Notes under the pieces: model-generated
Seen by the model: only the letters and a program-made list of their open reading frames with translations
Told to the model about the DNA's origin: nothing
Databases searched by the model: none
IMG/VR virus record: IMGVR_UViG_3300008110_000094
Span: 1 to 62,620 of that record
Strand: one strand, 5' to 3'
Source of the DNA: a virus
Lineage: Duplodnaviria; Caudoviricetes
DNA length: 62,620 nt
Translations under genes and position numbers: made by a program
Shown here: piece after piece, positions 9,447 to 19,587 of the stretch
Layout of the letters: each line of letters opens with the position of its first letter
Numbering within the stretch: position 1 is the stretch's first letter

Positions 9447-10175
9447 ATGGCCCGCCATTTCGATATCCAGCTCGCCGATTTGACCGGCGAAATCGTCGCC
9501 CTTGCGGGCGGATCGGTCACGATCTGCACCGTCAACACCGCGCGTCAGGCCCAGGTTTCGACCACGGCCACCGGCTCGCTTGCCATCACCAACAACCCGG
9601 TCGCACTCAATCGCGGTCGGATCGACTTCTACACGTCGGACGACGTGGATACGGTCGATCTCTACATCATGACGCCCACCGGACAGTTCGTTGTCCGCAA
9701 AGGCGTCAAGGCGTCGGGTCCGAACGAACTGATCTACAACACGTCCGACCGCTACACGGTCGCCGTCGTGCCGTTCGCGTTCACGGACTCCGCTGCAACG
9801 GTCGAACAGGACACCGGCATCGATCTGCCGACCGGCGCCATGGTCCTGCCGAATATCTCGATCGTCGTCACCGAGGTCGATGCGACCGAAACCATCGACA
9901 TTGGCATGCTGTCGTCGGAATCGGGCGGCGACGCGGACGGCTTCGCTGTCACCCTGTCGGTTGCCACGCTTGGCACCGTCAAGGCGACGCTGGCGAACGG
10001 TGCAACGACGCTCGGCGCTCTGTTGTGGGTGCAGGACAGCGCCAACGCAGGCGACGAAGCGCCCGAGGCCCGCGTCATCACGGCGGCCAACCGCTCGATT
10101 TCTTACACGTCGTCGGCGGGCTCGGACACGTTCGCGGGGTTCGCGCAGATCCCCTACATCGTGCCGCACGTCTAA
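9447..10175 (+). CDS. Putative capsid decoration/minor structural protein
   Basis: GGAGG RBS; T/A/G-rich beta protein following the capsid gene. Confidence 0.7.
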   Translation: MARHFDIQLADLTGEIVALAGGSVTICTVNTARQAQVSTTATGSLAITNNPVALNRGRIDFYTSDDVDTVDLYIMTPTGQFVVRKGVKASGPNELIYNTSDRYTVAVVPFAFTDSAATVEQDTGIDLPTGAMVLPNISIVVTEVDATETIDIGMLSSESGGDADGFAVTLSVATLGTVKATLANGATTLGALLWVQDSANAGDEAPEARVITAANRSISYTSSAGSDTFAGFAQIPYIVPHV

Positions 10176-10213
10176 ACCCTGGCGGCCGGCAGTCCCCCGC
10201 CAGCCGCAAAACT

Positions 10214-10252
10214 GGCCCCGCGTCCCTCAACAGGCGCGGGGCCTTTTTCTTT
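10214..10252 (+). terminator. Rho-independent terminator
   Basis: GGCCCCGCG / CGCGGGGCC stem followed by TTTTTCTTT. Confidence 0.8.
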
Positions 10253-10272
10253 CCCGAAAGGACAAGGCTCAA

Positions 10273-10776
10273 ATGTCGTCGGAACCCGAAACCCTCTTGG
10301 TGCTCGACACCACCGCAACCGCCGCCTATCCCACGCGCACCCACGAGCACATCGTCGATGGTCTGCCGCAACAGGTGACGTTCAAGGTCGGGGAAAAGCT
10401 CGCCCTTCCCGTTGCGCTCGCGCTCAAGTTCCTCAAAGACCCGGCCTTCATCGTGACCGATCCCGCGACCGGGATGCGCTACGACCCGACGCCCAAAGAG
10501 CCCCAGGGCAATTCGCTCGAGCTTGCGCCGAACGAAATCATCGCGCGCATCGACGAGCTTTCGACCGACGCCCTCGTGATCCGCGCCAAGCAGATCGACG
10601 GCGGCGAAAACTTCAAGAAGCAGGACGGGCGCGAAAAGCTCATTGCCTTCCTCGCCGACAAGACCAAGGCCAACCGCGTGCGCGAGGCCGCGCGCTCTGT
10701 TCCCACGCCTGTTCCCGGTTCTGGCGTGATCGAGATGAGCGACGAAGAACTGGCGGGCATGTTCCAGGATGCCTAA
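10273..10776 (+). CDS. Hypothetical protein of the head/tail module
   Basis: AAGGA RBS, ATG 10273. Confidence 0.7.
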   Translation: MSSEPETLLVLDTTATAAYPTRTHEHIVDGLPQQVTFKVGEKLALPVALALKFLKDPAFIVTDPATGMRYDPTPKEPQGNSLELAPNEIIARIDELSTDALVIRAKQIDGGENFKKQDGREKLIAFLADKTKANRVREAARSVPTPVPGSGVIEMSDEELAGMFQDA

Positions 10777-11488
10777 ACGGCATTCGGTACACGGCATCTG
10801 CGAATTGGCGCTTCAGCAGATCGGGGCGATTCCGATCACCGAAAGCGCCGCGCAGGGGCCGGAACTCGACCAAGCAATCCAATGGCTCGATCTTCTCGTC
10901 GCCCACCATGTTGCCGTCAACCGCGTGCTGCATCTGGTGCCCTCGACCATCGAAATCCCGATCGCCGCCGACACCAAGGACTACGAAATCACGAACACGG
11001 CGGCAGCGGACGAGCCCAACAACGGCATTCAGTTTCCGATCCAGGCTTCGCTCCGTGATCCCTCTGGAAACGATACGCCGATCGACATCGTGAGCCGGTC
11101 GCAATACGAGGAAATCGCGGACAAGAACACTTCGGGCATTCCCGACCGCATCTACATCAACCGCCTCGATCAGCCGAAAATGTCGGTCTATCCGGTGCTC
11201 GGCACAGGGGCCACTGGCTATTCGATCCAGCTTGTCGTGCAGGCGTTCTCGAAGGACCTGACAATTTCGCGCGGCGCCCAAGTCGCCCACGAAATGCGGA
11301 CGGCTTGGCAATTGTGGATGGTCCTCGCCCTCGCGATCCGGCTTGGCTCCGGTCCCGTTCGCAAATTGCCCAAATCGGAAATCGACGACCTCAAAATCGA
11401 GGCAACCGAAATGCTCAAGGATCTTCTGTTGAACGAGAACCGCGAGCACACCGGCTATCCGAACACCGTCGATTTCAGGGAGTTCTAG
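10769..11488 (+). CDS. Head-tail adaptor (P22 gp4/tail tubular A-like)
   Basis: I...AL..IG N-terminus, GIP..IY, YPV, LA.RL motifs. Confidence 0.75.
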   Translation: MPKRHSVHGICELALQQIGAIPITESAAQGPELDQAIQWLDLLVAHHVAVNRVLHLVPSTIEIPIAADTKDYEITNTAAADEPNNGIQFPIQASLRDPSGNDTPIDIVSRSQYEEIADKNTSGIPDRIYINRLDQPKMSVYPVLGTGATGYSIQLVVQAFSKDLTISRGAQVAHEMRTAWQLWMVLALAIRLGSGPVRKLPKSEIDDLKIEATEMLKDLLLNENREHTGYPNTVDFREF

Positions 11489-11492
11489 GCCC

Positions 11493-13007
11493 ATGGCGCG
11501 TTTCAACCCGACCTGCTTCGACACCGCCAACCCGCTCTACGCAGGTGCGACCGTCACGATCTACACGGTCAACGGATCGGGGCAGGCCACGACCACCCTC
11601 GCCACGATCTACGACGCCACGACGGGAACAGGAACGCTCGCCAACCCCCAAACGCTGAACAGCGAAGGCCGGTTCGCAGCGCCGATCTATCTGGCCGAGC
11701 CCGTCATCATGGCCGTGAGCGGCACTGTTGCCGCGCATTCGACGGGCATCCAAGCGCCGTCTTTCCGCAATCGCGGCACATGGGCAACGGCAACCATCTA
11801 TGCCGAGGGCGACATCGTTCGGGACGGGGCGGCCGGCGCAAATACCAACAACACCTACATCTGCGAGGTTCGCCATACGTCGGGGACTTGGTCAACGGAT
11901 CTGACGGCGGTGCGCTGGTCCCTGTTTGCTGATCTTTCGACCCAGACTGCAGCCGCCGCAGCATCGGCATCGGCCGCTGCAACCAGTGCATCTGACGCTG
12001 CAGATAGCGCGGCAATCGCTGTTGCCGCCGCTGGCTCCATTACGTTTCCGATTCCTGTTTCCAACGGCGGCACGGGCGCTACAGACGCGGCGGGTGCGCG
12101 CACAAACCTTGGCCTCGCTGCGCTCGCGACAAAAGCAATTGTCGGAGCACGAGATGAAAGCGACGACCCGTGGGCGAGCGTGGCATCGGCCGCGACCGTC
12201 GATCTCGGTGCGGTAAACTCGCGCAACGCGCTCATCACGGGAACGACGGGCATCACGTCGTTTGGCAATACCGGCGGCGAGGGCCGCACAATCCGCGTGC
12301 GTTTTGCTGCGGCGCTGATCATGACAAACAGCGCAACGCTTATCTGCCCAGGCGGTGCAAACATTACGACGGCGGCGGGCGATACGGCGATGCTGGTCAA
12401 AGAGGCCGCTGCTTCGACGTGGCGCATCGTCGAATACCAGCGGGCCAACGGGCAGGCGGTAGCAGCTTCGAGCGCGGGGCTCGATTTCATTTCCACTCAA
12501 TCGGCGTCGAACGTCGCAACAGTCGATTTTACAAGCGGGATCAGCAGCACTTACGACGAATACGAGATCCATTTTGACGCGGTCGTGCCCGCCACCAACA
12601 GCGTCGAGCTTTTCGCGCGCGTGACGACGAACGCCGGTTCTACCTGGGAAGCCACCACGTACAGGGGCACGCTCTCTCGCTCTGTCGGCACCGCCGCCAT
12701 GTCTATCGACACCACGTCGCGCACCGACGGCATCCCACTAAGCTCTGTCTCAAACACCCTGAAAAACACCGCGACCGACGGTGGGATTTCCGGTGTTCTG
12801 CGGTTTTGGCCGAACAACGCCGCAGGCAAAAAGAACTTTTTGATCGACGCCACATATTGGAACGCCAGCGACAACGGGATCACCCGCGTCTTCGGCGGCG
12901 CGCAGTGGAACGGAGCCAACACTGTGCTCAACGGCGTTCGTTTCCAGATGAACAGCGGCAATATTTCGACCGGAAACTTCCGGCTTTACGGCGTGCGGAG
13001 GATTTAA
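11493..13007 (+). CDS. Tail fibre/receptor-binding protein
   Basis: N-terminal attachment-like domain (ANPQTLNSEGR), W....Y..GD.V module, GGTGATDAAGARTNLGL, SAATVDL...ITGTT.ITSFG, C-terminal SGNI.TG.FRLYG. Confidence 0.88.
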   Translation: MARFNPTCFDTANPLYAGATVTIYTVNGSGQATTTLATIYDATTGTGTLANPQTLNSEGRFAAPIYLAEPVIMAVSGTVAAHSTGIQAPSFRNRGTWATATIYAEGDIVRDGAAGANTNNTYICEVRHTSGTWSTDLTAVRWSLFADLSTQTAAAAASASAAATSASDAADSAAIAVAAAGSITFPIPVSNGGTGATDAAGARTNLGLAALATKAIVGARDESDDPWASVASAATVDLGAVNSRNALITGTTGITSFGNTGGEGRTIRVRFAAALIMTNSATLICPGGANITTAAGDTAMLVKEAAASTWRIVEYQRANGQAVAASSAGLDFISTQSASNVATVDFTSGISSTYDEYEIHFDAVVPATNSVELFARVTTNAGSTWEATTYRGTLSRSVGTAAMSIDTTSRTDGIPLSSVSNTLKNTATDGGISGVLRFWPNNAAGKKNFLIDATYWNASDNGITRVFGGAQWNGANTVLNGVRFQMNSGNISTGNFRLYGVRRI

Positions 13008-13010
13008 GAA

Positions 13011-13190
13011 ATGGAGAAGCTTTACAAAATGGTCGATGGCGCGCTGGTCGAAATGTCGGAAGCGGAGGCGGTCGCGATCCGCGCCGAATGGGAGGCCAAC
13101 GCCAATACGCCTGCACCGCCCGCGCCGACAAAGGAGCAACTGCTTGCCGAGATTGCGGCGCTTGCCGCGAAGATCGAGGCCATGCCATGA
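13011..13190 (+). CDS. 59-aa probable tail-fibre chaperone/accessory protein
   Basis: GGAGG RBS; MEKLYKMVDGALVEMSEAE...LLAEIAALAAKIEAMP*; ATGA overlap with the next gene. Confidence 0.7.
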   Translation: MEKLYKMVDGALVEMSEAEAVAIRAEWEANANTPAPPAPTKEQLLAEIAALAAKIEAMP

Positions 13191-13450
13191 TCGAGCGGAG
13201 CTTCAACGCTCTTGGGTGCGATTTTGTGCGCTACGAGTTTGCCGCCGGCGAAGGGTTGCCGCGCCACAACCACGACCAAGACCATCTGATGATCGTGCTG
13301 GCGGGTCGCGTGCGTGTGACGACCCATGACGGCGACGATCTCGAGTATGGCCCCGGCGACAATGCCGTGATTTTTCGCGCGCCGAGGTTCCACGCCATCG
13401 AAGCTCTTGAACCCTCGTCAATCCTCAACGTGTTTGAAAAGGCAGTCTAA
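13187..13450 (+). CDS. Cupin-domain protein
   Basis: GEGLPRHNHDQDHL...G..., ...H.IEALE cupin motifs. Confidence 0.8.
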   Translation: MIERSFNALGCDFVRYEFAAGEGLPRHNHDQDHLMIVLAGRVRVTTHDGDDLEYGPGDNAVIFRAPRFHAIEALEPSSILNVFEKAV

Positions 13451-15270
13451 TGCCCACTCATAACGTCTCCGAGTTTGAGCTTTGGCAACCCGGCTATGCC
13501 GGCGCCGTCGTTACGGTCTATATCGCCGGAACCTCGACGCCTGCCTCGCTGTTCACCGACGAAGCGCTTTCGGTTTCGGCGGCCAACCCGCAGACCTTGG
13601 CGAGCCTCACCGATGGCGACGGGCGCACCTACGGCAAGTTCACGGCCCCGCTCTACACGTCGTCGCCCTACTATCTGAACATCAACACCGCCGAGCAGAC
13701 CGGGATTCAGCGGCCAGCGCTCACCACGTTGACCGGCGAGAACGCTTCTGGCGCCCTCGTCACGCCGACCGGGGGGAGTGTGGCGTCCTCGCTGGCGACG
13801 ATCCTCTCGCGCGTCGTGTACGCTGCGGACTACGGCGCCTTGGGCTCGACGGCATCGACCAACACCACGACCATTGCCGCCGCGATCGGCGCCGCCGCCG
13901 CCCGAAACGGCGTCGAAGTGATTCTCCCCAATGGCACGTTCCCCATCACGACGCTCAGCCTGTCGTCGGGTGTCGTGCTGCGCGGGCAGGGCCGGGGCTC
14001 GACCATCCTGCAATCCTCGACCGGCGCCGAGGTTGTGACCGTGACCGGGGACAGGGCGGGCCTGCGCGACCTGACCTTGGACGGCGTTTCCAAGGTCGCA
14101 AGCTCGGTCGGGCTGTTCGGCAAGAACCGCGCTGAAATCGTCCTCGAGCGCGTCGAAATCAAACGCTTTGCGACGGGCATCCATTTCAAGGGGCTCACCC
14201 GCGCCGAGTGGATCGACCTCTATGTTTCGGACTGCGACACCGGCCTCAAGGCGCACGGCGACTTGAACACGGGCGGCGGATCGGACGGCGGCGACTATCG
14301 CCACAATGCCTGGCTGGGCGGCCGGGTCCAGCAATGCTCGACCACTGGCATCGAGTTCTCCTACGAGGACCGGATCTGCATTGCCAACCGGATCGAGGAT
14401 GTCGGGTTCACCGACAACACCGGGACCGCAATCATCGTCAACGGGGCTCGGTTTACCAGCCTCACCGGCTGCTGGTGGTCTGGCAACACCGGCAACCTTC
14501 TGGTCCGCGACGACACCGACGCGACGGACATTGCCCGGCTTTCCAACACCGTCATTGGCCTCGTGATCGACCAGGGCCAGATGTCCGGGGGAACGGCCAT
14601 CTTCCGCGACACCGCCCAGGACGTGTTGCTCCAACAAATCGACATTCGGGACGTGGATTTCACGCTCCAAACCCCGATCACGAACCGCATTGCCTTCTAC
14701 GACTGCACCGAGGACAGCCTTGTCACGGTCGCGGGCGAGGGCATCAAACTGGTGCGCTGGAACCGCATCAACACCGGGGCTTCGACCGGCGTGACCAGCG
14801 ACGCCACGGCCACGAAGGCTTGGGCGATGGCCCTGCAGCCCGGCCAGATCGTGTGCTTATGGGTTTCCGCGATCGGCCGCCGGATCAACGCGGCGCAGTT
14901 CTTCACCCAGCAGGCCGTGATCCAGGCCCAGCGTCCCGGCGCTTCCCTGGCCTACGATACGCAGACCGCCAATTTCACGGCAGGGCGCACCATCACCGGG
15001 GCCACGTCCGGGGCGACGGCTGTTATCCAAGCCGACAGCGACAGCGGTGCGACGGGCACGCTCACCCTTATCGATATCGTCGGCACCTTCCTCGACAACG
15101 AAATCATCACCGATGGGGCCGGGGGCTCGGCCACGGTCAACGGCACGATCACGCTCAACAATGTCGGCTCGCCCACCTTGACCAACGTGGCAACGCTCAA
15201 CGCCAGCAGCTTTGGCGGGCTCACCGCAGCAGCAAACGGCGGCGAAATCGAGATCCGCGTCACCGGCTGA
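13450..15270 (+). CDS. Tailspike with parallel beta-helix (putative depolymerase)
   Basis: DYGA.G...T.AI.AA...V.LP.GT....L..GV.LRGQG..STIL pectate-lyase-like start; N-terminus related to that of 11493. Confidence 0.85.
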   Translation: MPTHNVSEFELWQPGYAGAVVTVYIAGTSTPASLFTDEALSVSAANPQTLASLTDGDGRTYGKFTAPLYTSSPYYLNINTAEQTGIQRPALTTLTGENASGALVTPTGGSVASSLATILSRVVYAADYGALGSTASTNTTTIAAAIGAAAARNGVEVILPNGTFPITTLSLSSGVVLRGQGRGSTILQSSTGAEVVTVTGDRAGLRDLTLDGVSKVASSVGLFGKNRAEIVLERVEIKRFATGIHFKGLTRAEWIDLYVSDCDTGLKAHGDLNTGGGSDGGDYRHNAWLGGRVQQCSTTGIEFSYEDRICIANRIEDVGFTDNTGTAIIVNGARFTSLTGCWWSGNTGNLLVRDDTDATDIARLSNTVIGLVIDQGQMSGGTAIFRDTAQDVLLQQIDIRDVDFTLQTPITNRIAFYDCTEDSLVTVAGEGIKLVRWNRINTGASTGVTSDATATKAWAMALQPGQIVCLWVSAIGRRINAAQFFTQQAVIQAQRPGASLAYDTQTANFTAGRTITGATSGATAVIQADSDSGATGTLTLIDIVGTFLDNEIITDGAGGSATVNGTITLNNVGSPTLTNVATLNASSFGGLTAAANGGEIEIRVTG

Positions 15271-16676
15271 TGTCGGATTGGATCGACGTTCCACTCGATG
15301 CCAAGATGTTTCAGAACGTGGACGAGACGGCGCTTACCCGCGCCCACGCCACGCTCGAGAACGGGTTTGTCACGGAAGCAGCGGGCTTCTCGCGCTGGCC
15401 CGGCCTCGTCGATTTCTGCGCCCTGCCTTCGCAGGGCCGCATCTACCTGACCTTCTGGGGCGACGACATGATCGCCCAGACCCAAGCGGGGCGGCTCTAC
15501 CGGATCAACCGGGCCGGAACCGCGCAGGACATGACGGACGTGGTTCTTGGTGGTGGTTTGCGGCCGACCTTCGCGCAGACCGACGACTATCTCGCCATGG
15601 CGGCCGGCAGTCAGATTTTGGGCTTCGACGGCAAAAAGACGTTCGTGCTTTCCAACGATGCGCCCGAGGCAACCCATGTTGGGTTCCTCGACGGGTTTCT
15701 TCTGGCGAACGAAAAGGACAGCGGGCGGTTCAGCTATTCGACGGCGGGCGACGTGCGGATCTGGGATGCGCTCGACACGATCGCGGCGGCGGGTTCGTCC
15801 GACCCCGTGACCGCGCTCTTTGTTACGCCGTTCCGCGAAATTCTGGTCTGCGGTCCTCAGTCGGTCGAACAGTACGAGCGGCTTTCCTCGGGCGATGTCC
15901 CGTTCTTCCGGCGCTGGTCCGTGGCCGAGGGCATCGCGCACCCCTACACGCTGGCCTTTGGCGACAACGCGGCGTGGGGCGTGAACCAGAACGCGGAGTT
16001 TGTGCGCTTCTCGGGCCAGATCAGCCAATCGGTTTCCGACGATCTGGGGCGCACCCTGTCGGGCATCGACAATTGGGACGAAGCCTGGGCCCAAGAGATC
16101 CAAATCAAGGGCCAAAAGTTCATCCTGTTGGCCGCACCCAACGCGACCAACGTGTACGGCTCGACGGGAATCACCCTCCTGTTCGACTATCGGCAACAGC
16201 GCTGGACCTCGCTTTGGTCCTGGGACACCGACGAGGGCAAGCCCAAGCGCTACCCGGTCTGGTCCTTCACGCGCATGTGGAACCAGAACTTTGTCGGGGC
16301 CGAGAACGCAATCTATCGCGTCGATACCGGCACGCACTACATCGCAGGCGGAACTGCCCGGATGCTGCTTCGCACGGCTCACCTCGCCGAGCTGGGCGAA
16401 ACCCGGATCGACAATCTGCGGCTTCGCGTGAAGCGCGGGGTCGGATCGTACACCGCAAGCCAGATGATCGGAGTCCGGGCAAACCGCGACAATCGCGGCT
16501 TCGGAAACTTTGTGCGCAAGTCCCTCGGGCTCGCCGGCCAGCGCGAAATGTTCATCGAGTTCGGCGGGTTCGGCTGCGCCTCGACATGGCAATTCGAGGT
16601 CGAAGTGACCGACAATTGCGAAGTCGAAATCGTCAAGATGCAGACCCAGCTTACCCCGCTCGGGCGCCGGGGCTGA
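15270..16676 (+). CDS. Tail hub/DNA stabilisation protein (P22 gp10-like)
   Basis: ATG overlapping the previous stop; FLDGF, A....SDP, G..S.E motifs, SLG.AG.R C-terminus. Confidence 0.8.
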   Translation: MSDWIDVPLDAKMFQNVDETALTRAHATLENGFVTEAAGFSRWPGLVDFCALPSQGRIYLTFWGDDMIAQTQAGRLYRINRAGTAQDMTDVVLGGGLRPTFAQTDDYLAMAAGSQILGFDGKKTFVLSNDAPEATHVGFLDGFLLANEKDSGRFSYSTAGDVRIWDALDTIAAAGSSDPVTALFVTPFREILVCGPQSVEQYERLSSGDVPFFRRWSVAEGIAHPYTLAFGDNAAWGVNQNAEFVRFSGQISQSVSDDLGRTLSGIDNWDEAWAQEIQIKGQKFILLAAPNATNVYGSTGITLLFDYRQQRWTSLWSWDTDEGKPKRYPVWSFTRMWNQNFVGAENAIYRVDTGTHYIAGGTARMLLRTAHLAELGETRIDNLRLRVKRGVGSYTASQMIGVRANRDNRGFGNFVRKSLGLAGQREMFIEFGGFGCASTWQFEVEVTDNCEVEIVKMQTQLTPLGRRG

Positions 16677-16677
16677 T

Positions 16678-17214
16678 ATGGCAGGAACAGCGAACGTCCC
16701 GCCGCCGCCGCCGCGATCGACGGGGAACGCGCAGACGGATGCCGCCGCACTGGCTCAGTGGGCCAACGATTTCTACACGGCCGCCGTGCGCGGCGGCTAC
16801 TTTCTGAACGTCCAAGAGCAGAGCCAAGGTGGTTCATTCGATCCGGGCTCGCTCCCCGATCCCGCAAGCACCACGATCGCCCAGGCACAGACGACGGCAA
16901 ACGAAGCCTATGCCAAAGCTGTGGCAGCGGGCGACGACGCCAACCGCATCGACAATTGGTACAGCGGCACGGCGACCGTCAGCGGCGCCTCGGCCTCGGT
17001 CGCCGTCACGTTCCCCGCCGACAAGCAGCAGCCCGACACGACCTACAAAGTGTTCTTGAGCGCGGTGTCGTCCACAGGAACACCGGGCATCGGTGCCTTC
17101 GTGCCCGTCTCCATTACTTTGCTCGCAACAACCGGCTTCACGCTCACCGTCCAGGCCGCTCCCGGCTTGGGCAACAGCGTCACCTTCAACGTGCTCATTA
17201 TGAGGACAATCTGA
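16678..17214 (+). CDS. Tail accessory/needle-like protein
   Basis: Position after gp10-like gene; N-terminal PPP...W motif, beta-rich C-terminus. Confidence 0.6.
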   Translation: MAGTANVPPPPPRSTGNAQTDAAALAQWANDFYTAAVRGGYFLNVQEQSQGGSFDPGSLPDPASTTIAQAQTTANEAYAKAVAAGDDANRIDNWYSGTATVSGASASVAVTFPADKQQPDTTYKVFLSAVSSTGTPGIGAFVPVSITLLATTGFTLTVQAAPGLGNSVTFNVLIMRTI

Positions 17215-18305
17215 TGGCCGAATCCGTATTCCAGTCGATCCGAGGCGCACAGTTCCGGGGCTCGCGTTTCCCCGGCTTCCGCTCGACCGGCCAGCAGGCC
17301 GATAGCGGCGTCGATCCCGCGACCGCAGCGCTGGCATCCGAGAACGCGCAGTCTTGGACCGGCCCGCGTCCCGGCACCGCGCTCAACGCGCAGAGCTTTG
17401 GTGGGTCGGATTTTTCGGCATCGACCGCACCGGCAGGGGCGCCCGCACCCAATGGCGGGGGGCAATTGGCTGATGCCGTAAGCCGTGGCATCGATGCGAT
17501 CACGCCAAACGTTTCCACGACAGGCGGAATCATCTCCACTGTCGGTCGTGGTGTTGGCGCTTTGGTCGGCGGGCTTCCCGGCCTTGCGCTTGGCGGCGCA
17601 GCGCGGGCAGGCGGCGCATTGATCGACGCCAATGAATACGATCGACAGCTTTCGGAGCGCGGCTTGCCTGGGATTGACCGGAGCGCTGCTGTTTTGGATT
17701 CAGTCAACATTTTCACCGGCAGGAACAGCCCGAACAGCGGCGCCAATCAGTTTGCCGACCGTATCGCTGCGGAAAGCCGCACGCTCGCAAACAGCCCTGT
17801 CGAAGCGGAAAACATGGCCGCTTACCAAGACAGCACCAATGCCAATCCGTCTGACGGGCCGCAGTCTTGGACGGGCGACAACGTATCGCCGGGGCAGGCG
17901 GTGCAGTCGCAATCGACAACGGGTGTCGGCAATCCCGAGGACACCGGCACAGCATTTGGTGGAACTGCAGCGCCGTCCGAAGATGGCGGCTACGGCAACG
18001 ACTACAGTGGCCCGAGCGAAGGTGGGGGCGCAAGCACAGGCGGCGGAACGGATGGCGGCGCTACCGGCGGCGCGACAGACGGAAGCAATGACAGCGGCGG
18101 CTCGGGCTTTGCCAAAGGCGGCCACGTCACGGCAGATCGCCTAAAGGGTCCAAATCCGCCCGGTCCCGATGATGGCTATGCGGCGCTCGACGTGGGCGAA
18201 ACCGTCATTACCGCAGAAGCAACCCGTCGCTACGGCAAGGACGTGATGATGGCGCTCAATAAAGGCTTGGTCAGCCCCGAGGCCGTGCGCCGCTTGCTCG
18301 GGTAA
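17214..18305 (+). CDS. Gly/Ser-rich putative ejection protein
   Basis: ATG 17214; glycine-zipper segment; C-terminal FAKGG...GP...DD..A.L..GE.V motif. Confidence 0.65.
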   Translation: MAESVFQSIRGAQFRGSRFPGFRSTGQQADSGVDPATAALASENAQSWTGPRPGTALNAQSFGGSDFSASTAPAGAPAPNGGGQLADAVSRGIDAITPNVSTTGGIISTVGRGVGALVGGLPGLALGGAARAGGALIDANEYDRQLSERGLPGIDRSAAVLDSVNIFTGRNSPNSGANQFADRIAAESRTLANSPVEAENMAAYQDSTNANPSDGPQSWTGDNVSPGQAVQSQSTTGVGNPEDTGTAFGGTAAPSEDGGYGNDYSGPSEGGGASTGGGTDGGATGGATDGSNDSGGSGFAKGGHVTADRLKGPNPPGPDDGYAALDVGETVITAEATRRYGKDVMMALNKGLVSPEAVRRLLG

Positions 18306-19070
18306 TCACGGGGGGCAAACTGATCCGTCTGGATCGTCGGCGGCAAGGAACGCCGCGAGGCACGCGCCGTAGGTTTTGACGAAAGCGGCATCGTCCATAG
18401 CGTAGTGCCCGGTCACACCGGGCGGAACTCTCACCATGGCGTTGCGGCGGCCATCCAATCTAGCGCGAGAAATTGCGACAGCTTCGTTGTGCCAGCGTCC
18501 AAGCAATTCGTCGTCGCGAAAATGGAACACGGCAGCGCGTCTGTCAGTCCGAATGCCATCTACGATTTCTCGGTGTGCCCAGAGATTAAGCTGGGGAGAC
18601 TCAACGGCGTTGATGCCGCCAACAGCAATTGCAATCGCGCCGTCTGATTGGATCGACCTCTCGCGCGAGACAGAAATGAGCGCTGCGACGCCGCCGGCCG
18701 ATTGCCCAACGACATAGACGCGCTTGTAGTTCTGGCGCCGCATGTCGGAGATTGCCCGTTCTGTCGCCGCAAATAGGCGCCCAGCCGGAGATTGGTCACT
18801 AGGCGCAAGGTCAAGACGGTAAACGTCGAAGCCGCCGCGCACAAACCATTGCAGGATGTCTGGCGTCGGATCGTCGTACTGATGGGTCCGATTGCGAAAG
18901 TCGATCCCGTTGATGAAGATCACCGCCCCCTTGGCGACCTGCGGCCCTTTTGGTCTGGCGACGTAATTGACCGACGTAGGCCGAGGATCGTCGGTTCTCG
19001 TGGTCACGAGATTGTCGGTCTGGCACGCGCCCAGCAGCAGGGCGGCGACGAGGACGAAAGCGATTTTCAT
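18306..19070 (-). CDS. Lipoprotein, alpha/beta-hydrolase fold (moron)
   Basis: Lipobox LLGA-C; GQSAG nucleophile elbow; Asp (RDDEL) and His (TGHY) candidates. Confidence 0.8.
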   Translation of the reverse strand: MKIAFVLVAALLLGACQTDNLVTTRTDDPRPTSVNYVARPKGPQVAKGAVIFINGIDFRNRTHQYDDPTPDILQWFVRGGFDVYRLDLAPSDQSPAGRLFAATERAISDMRRQNYKRVYVVGQSAGGVAALISVSRERSIQSDGAIAIAVGGINAVESPQLNLWAHREIVDGIRTDRRAAVFHFRDDELLGRWHNEAVAISRARLDGRRNAMVRVPPGVTGHYAMDDAAFVKTYGACLAAFLAADDPDGSVCPP

Positions 19071-19351
19071 CGGTCTGTCTCCGAAAGGGGCTTGATGGTC
19101 TGGCCGTCGAACATGGCGACCTTGAGGAACGGGCCGGACTGCATCACAAGAGCGTCGGCAAGCTGTTTGGCTTCTGCGGCTTTTAAGCGCAGGGCTTCGA
19201 TCAGTTGGAACAGGCGCTTGGGCGGCAGTTCGCGGGTGCCCGCATAGTAGTGCCGCGACAGACGATCGTTGAGGCTCCACACGCGGGCCATTTCAGATGG
19301 CCCGCCTAAGAGTTCCATCGCGGCGCGAATGTCGGCGTGTCGGACTGTCAT
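19067..19351 (-). CDS. HTH-domain regulator/antitoxin-like protein
   Basis: ELLGG..EMAR...L..R..R.Y.AG.R..P pattern; ATGA-coupled to both neighbours. Confidence 0.7.
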   Translation of the reverse strand: MTVRHADIRAAMELLGGPSEMARVWSLNDRLSRHYYAGTRELPPKRLFQLIEALRLKAAEAKQLADALVMQSGPFLKVAMFDGQTIKPLSETDR

Positions 19352-19527
19352 TCGAGTTGCTTCCAAACCGTGTCGATCCCGTCGTCGATGGTATCCAGTG
19401 TGATGTGGCGCCCGGCCGCGTGCGCCTTGCGGGCCAGCGTGTCGCGCGCGGCGAGCAACGCCAGCATGGCATTGCCGAGTTCTTGGGTGGTCTGCTGCCG
19501 AACGGCAAGCATCATGTCGTGGGGCAT
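19348..19527 (-). CDS. 59-aa hypothetical protein, first gene of the moron
   Basis: AAGGAG RBS before ATG 19527; helical sequence. Confidence 0.65.
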   Translation of the reverse strand: MPHDMMLAVRQQTTQELGNAMLALLAARDTLARKAHAAGRHITLDTIDDGIDTVWKQLE

Positions 19528-19587
19528 GGGCAATGGCTCCTTGGAACCAAGTTCAGCCGGGTCGCAATTGACCCTGCTATGACCCTG

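Noticed and set aside
11493-15270. Diversity-generating retroelement or invertible tail-fibre switch
   Set aside because: No reverse transcriptase, template/variable repeat pair or invertase seen.
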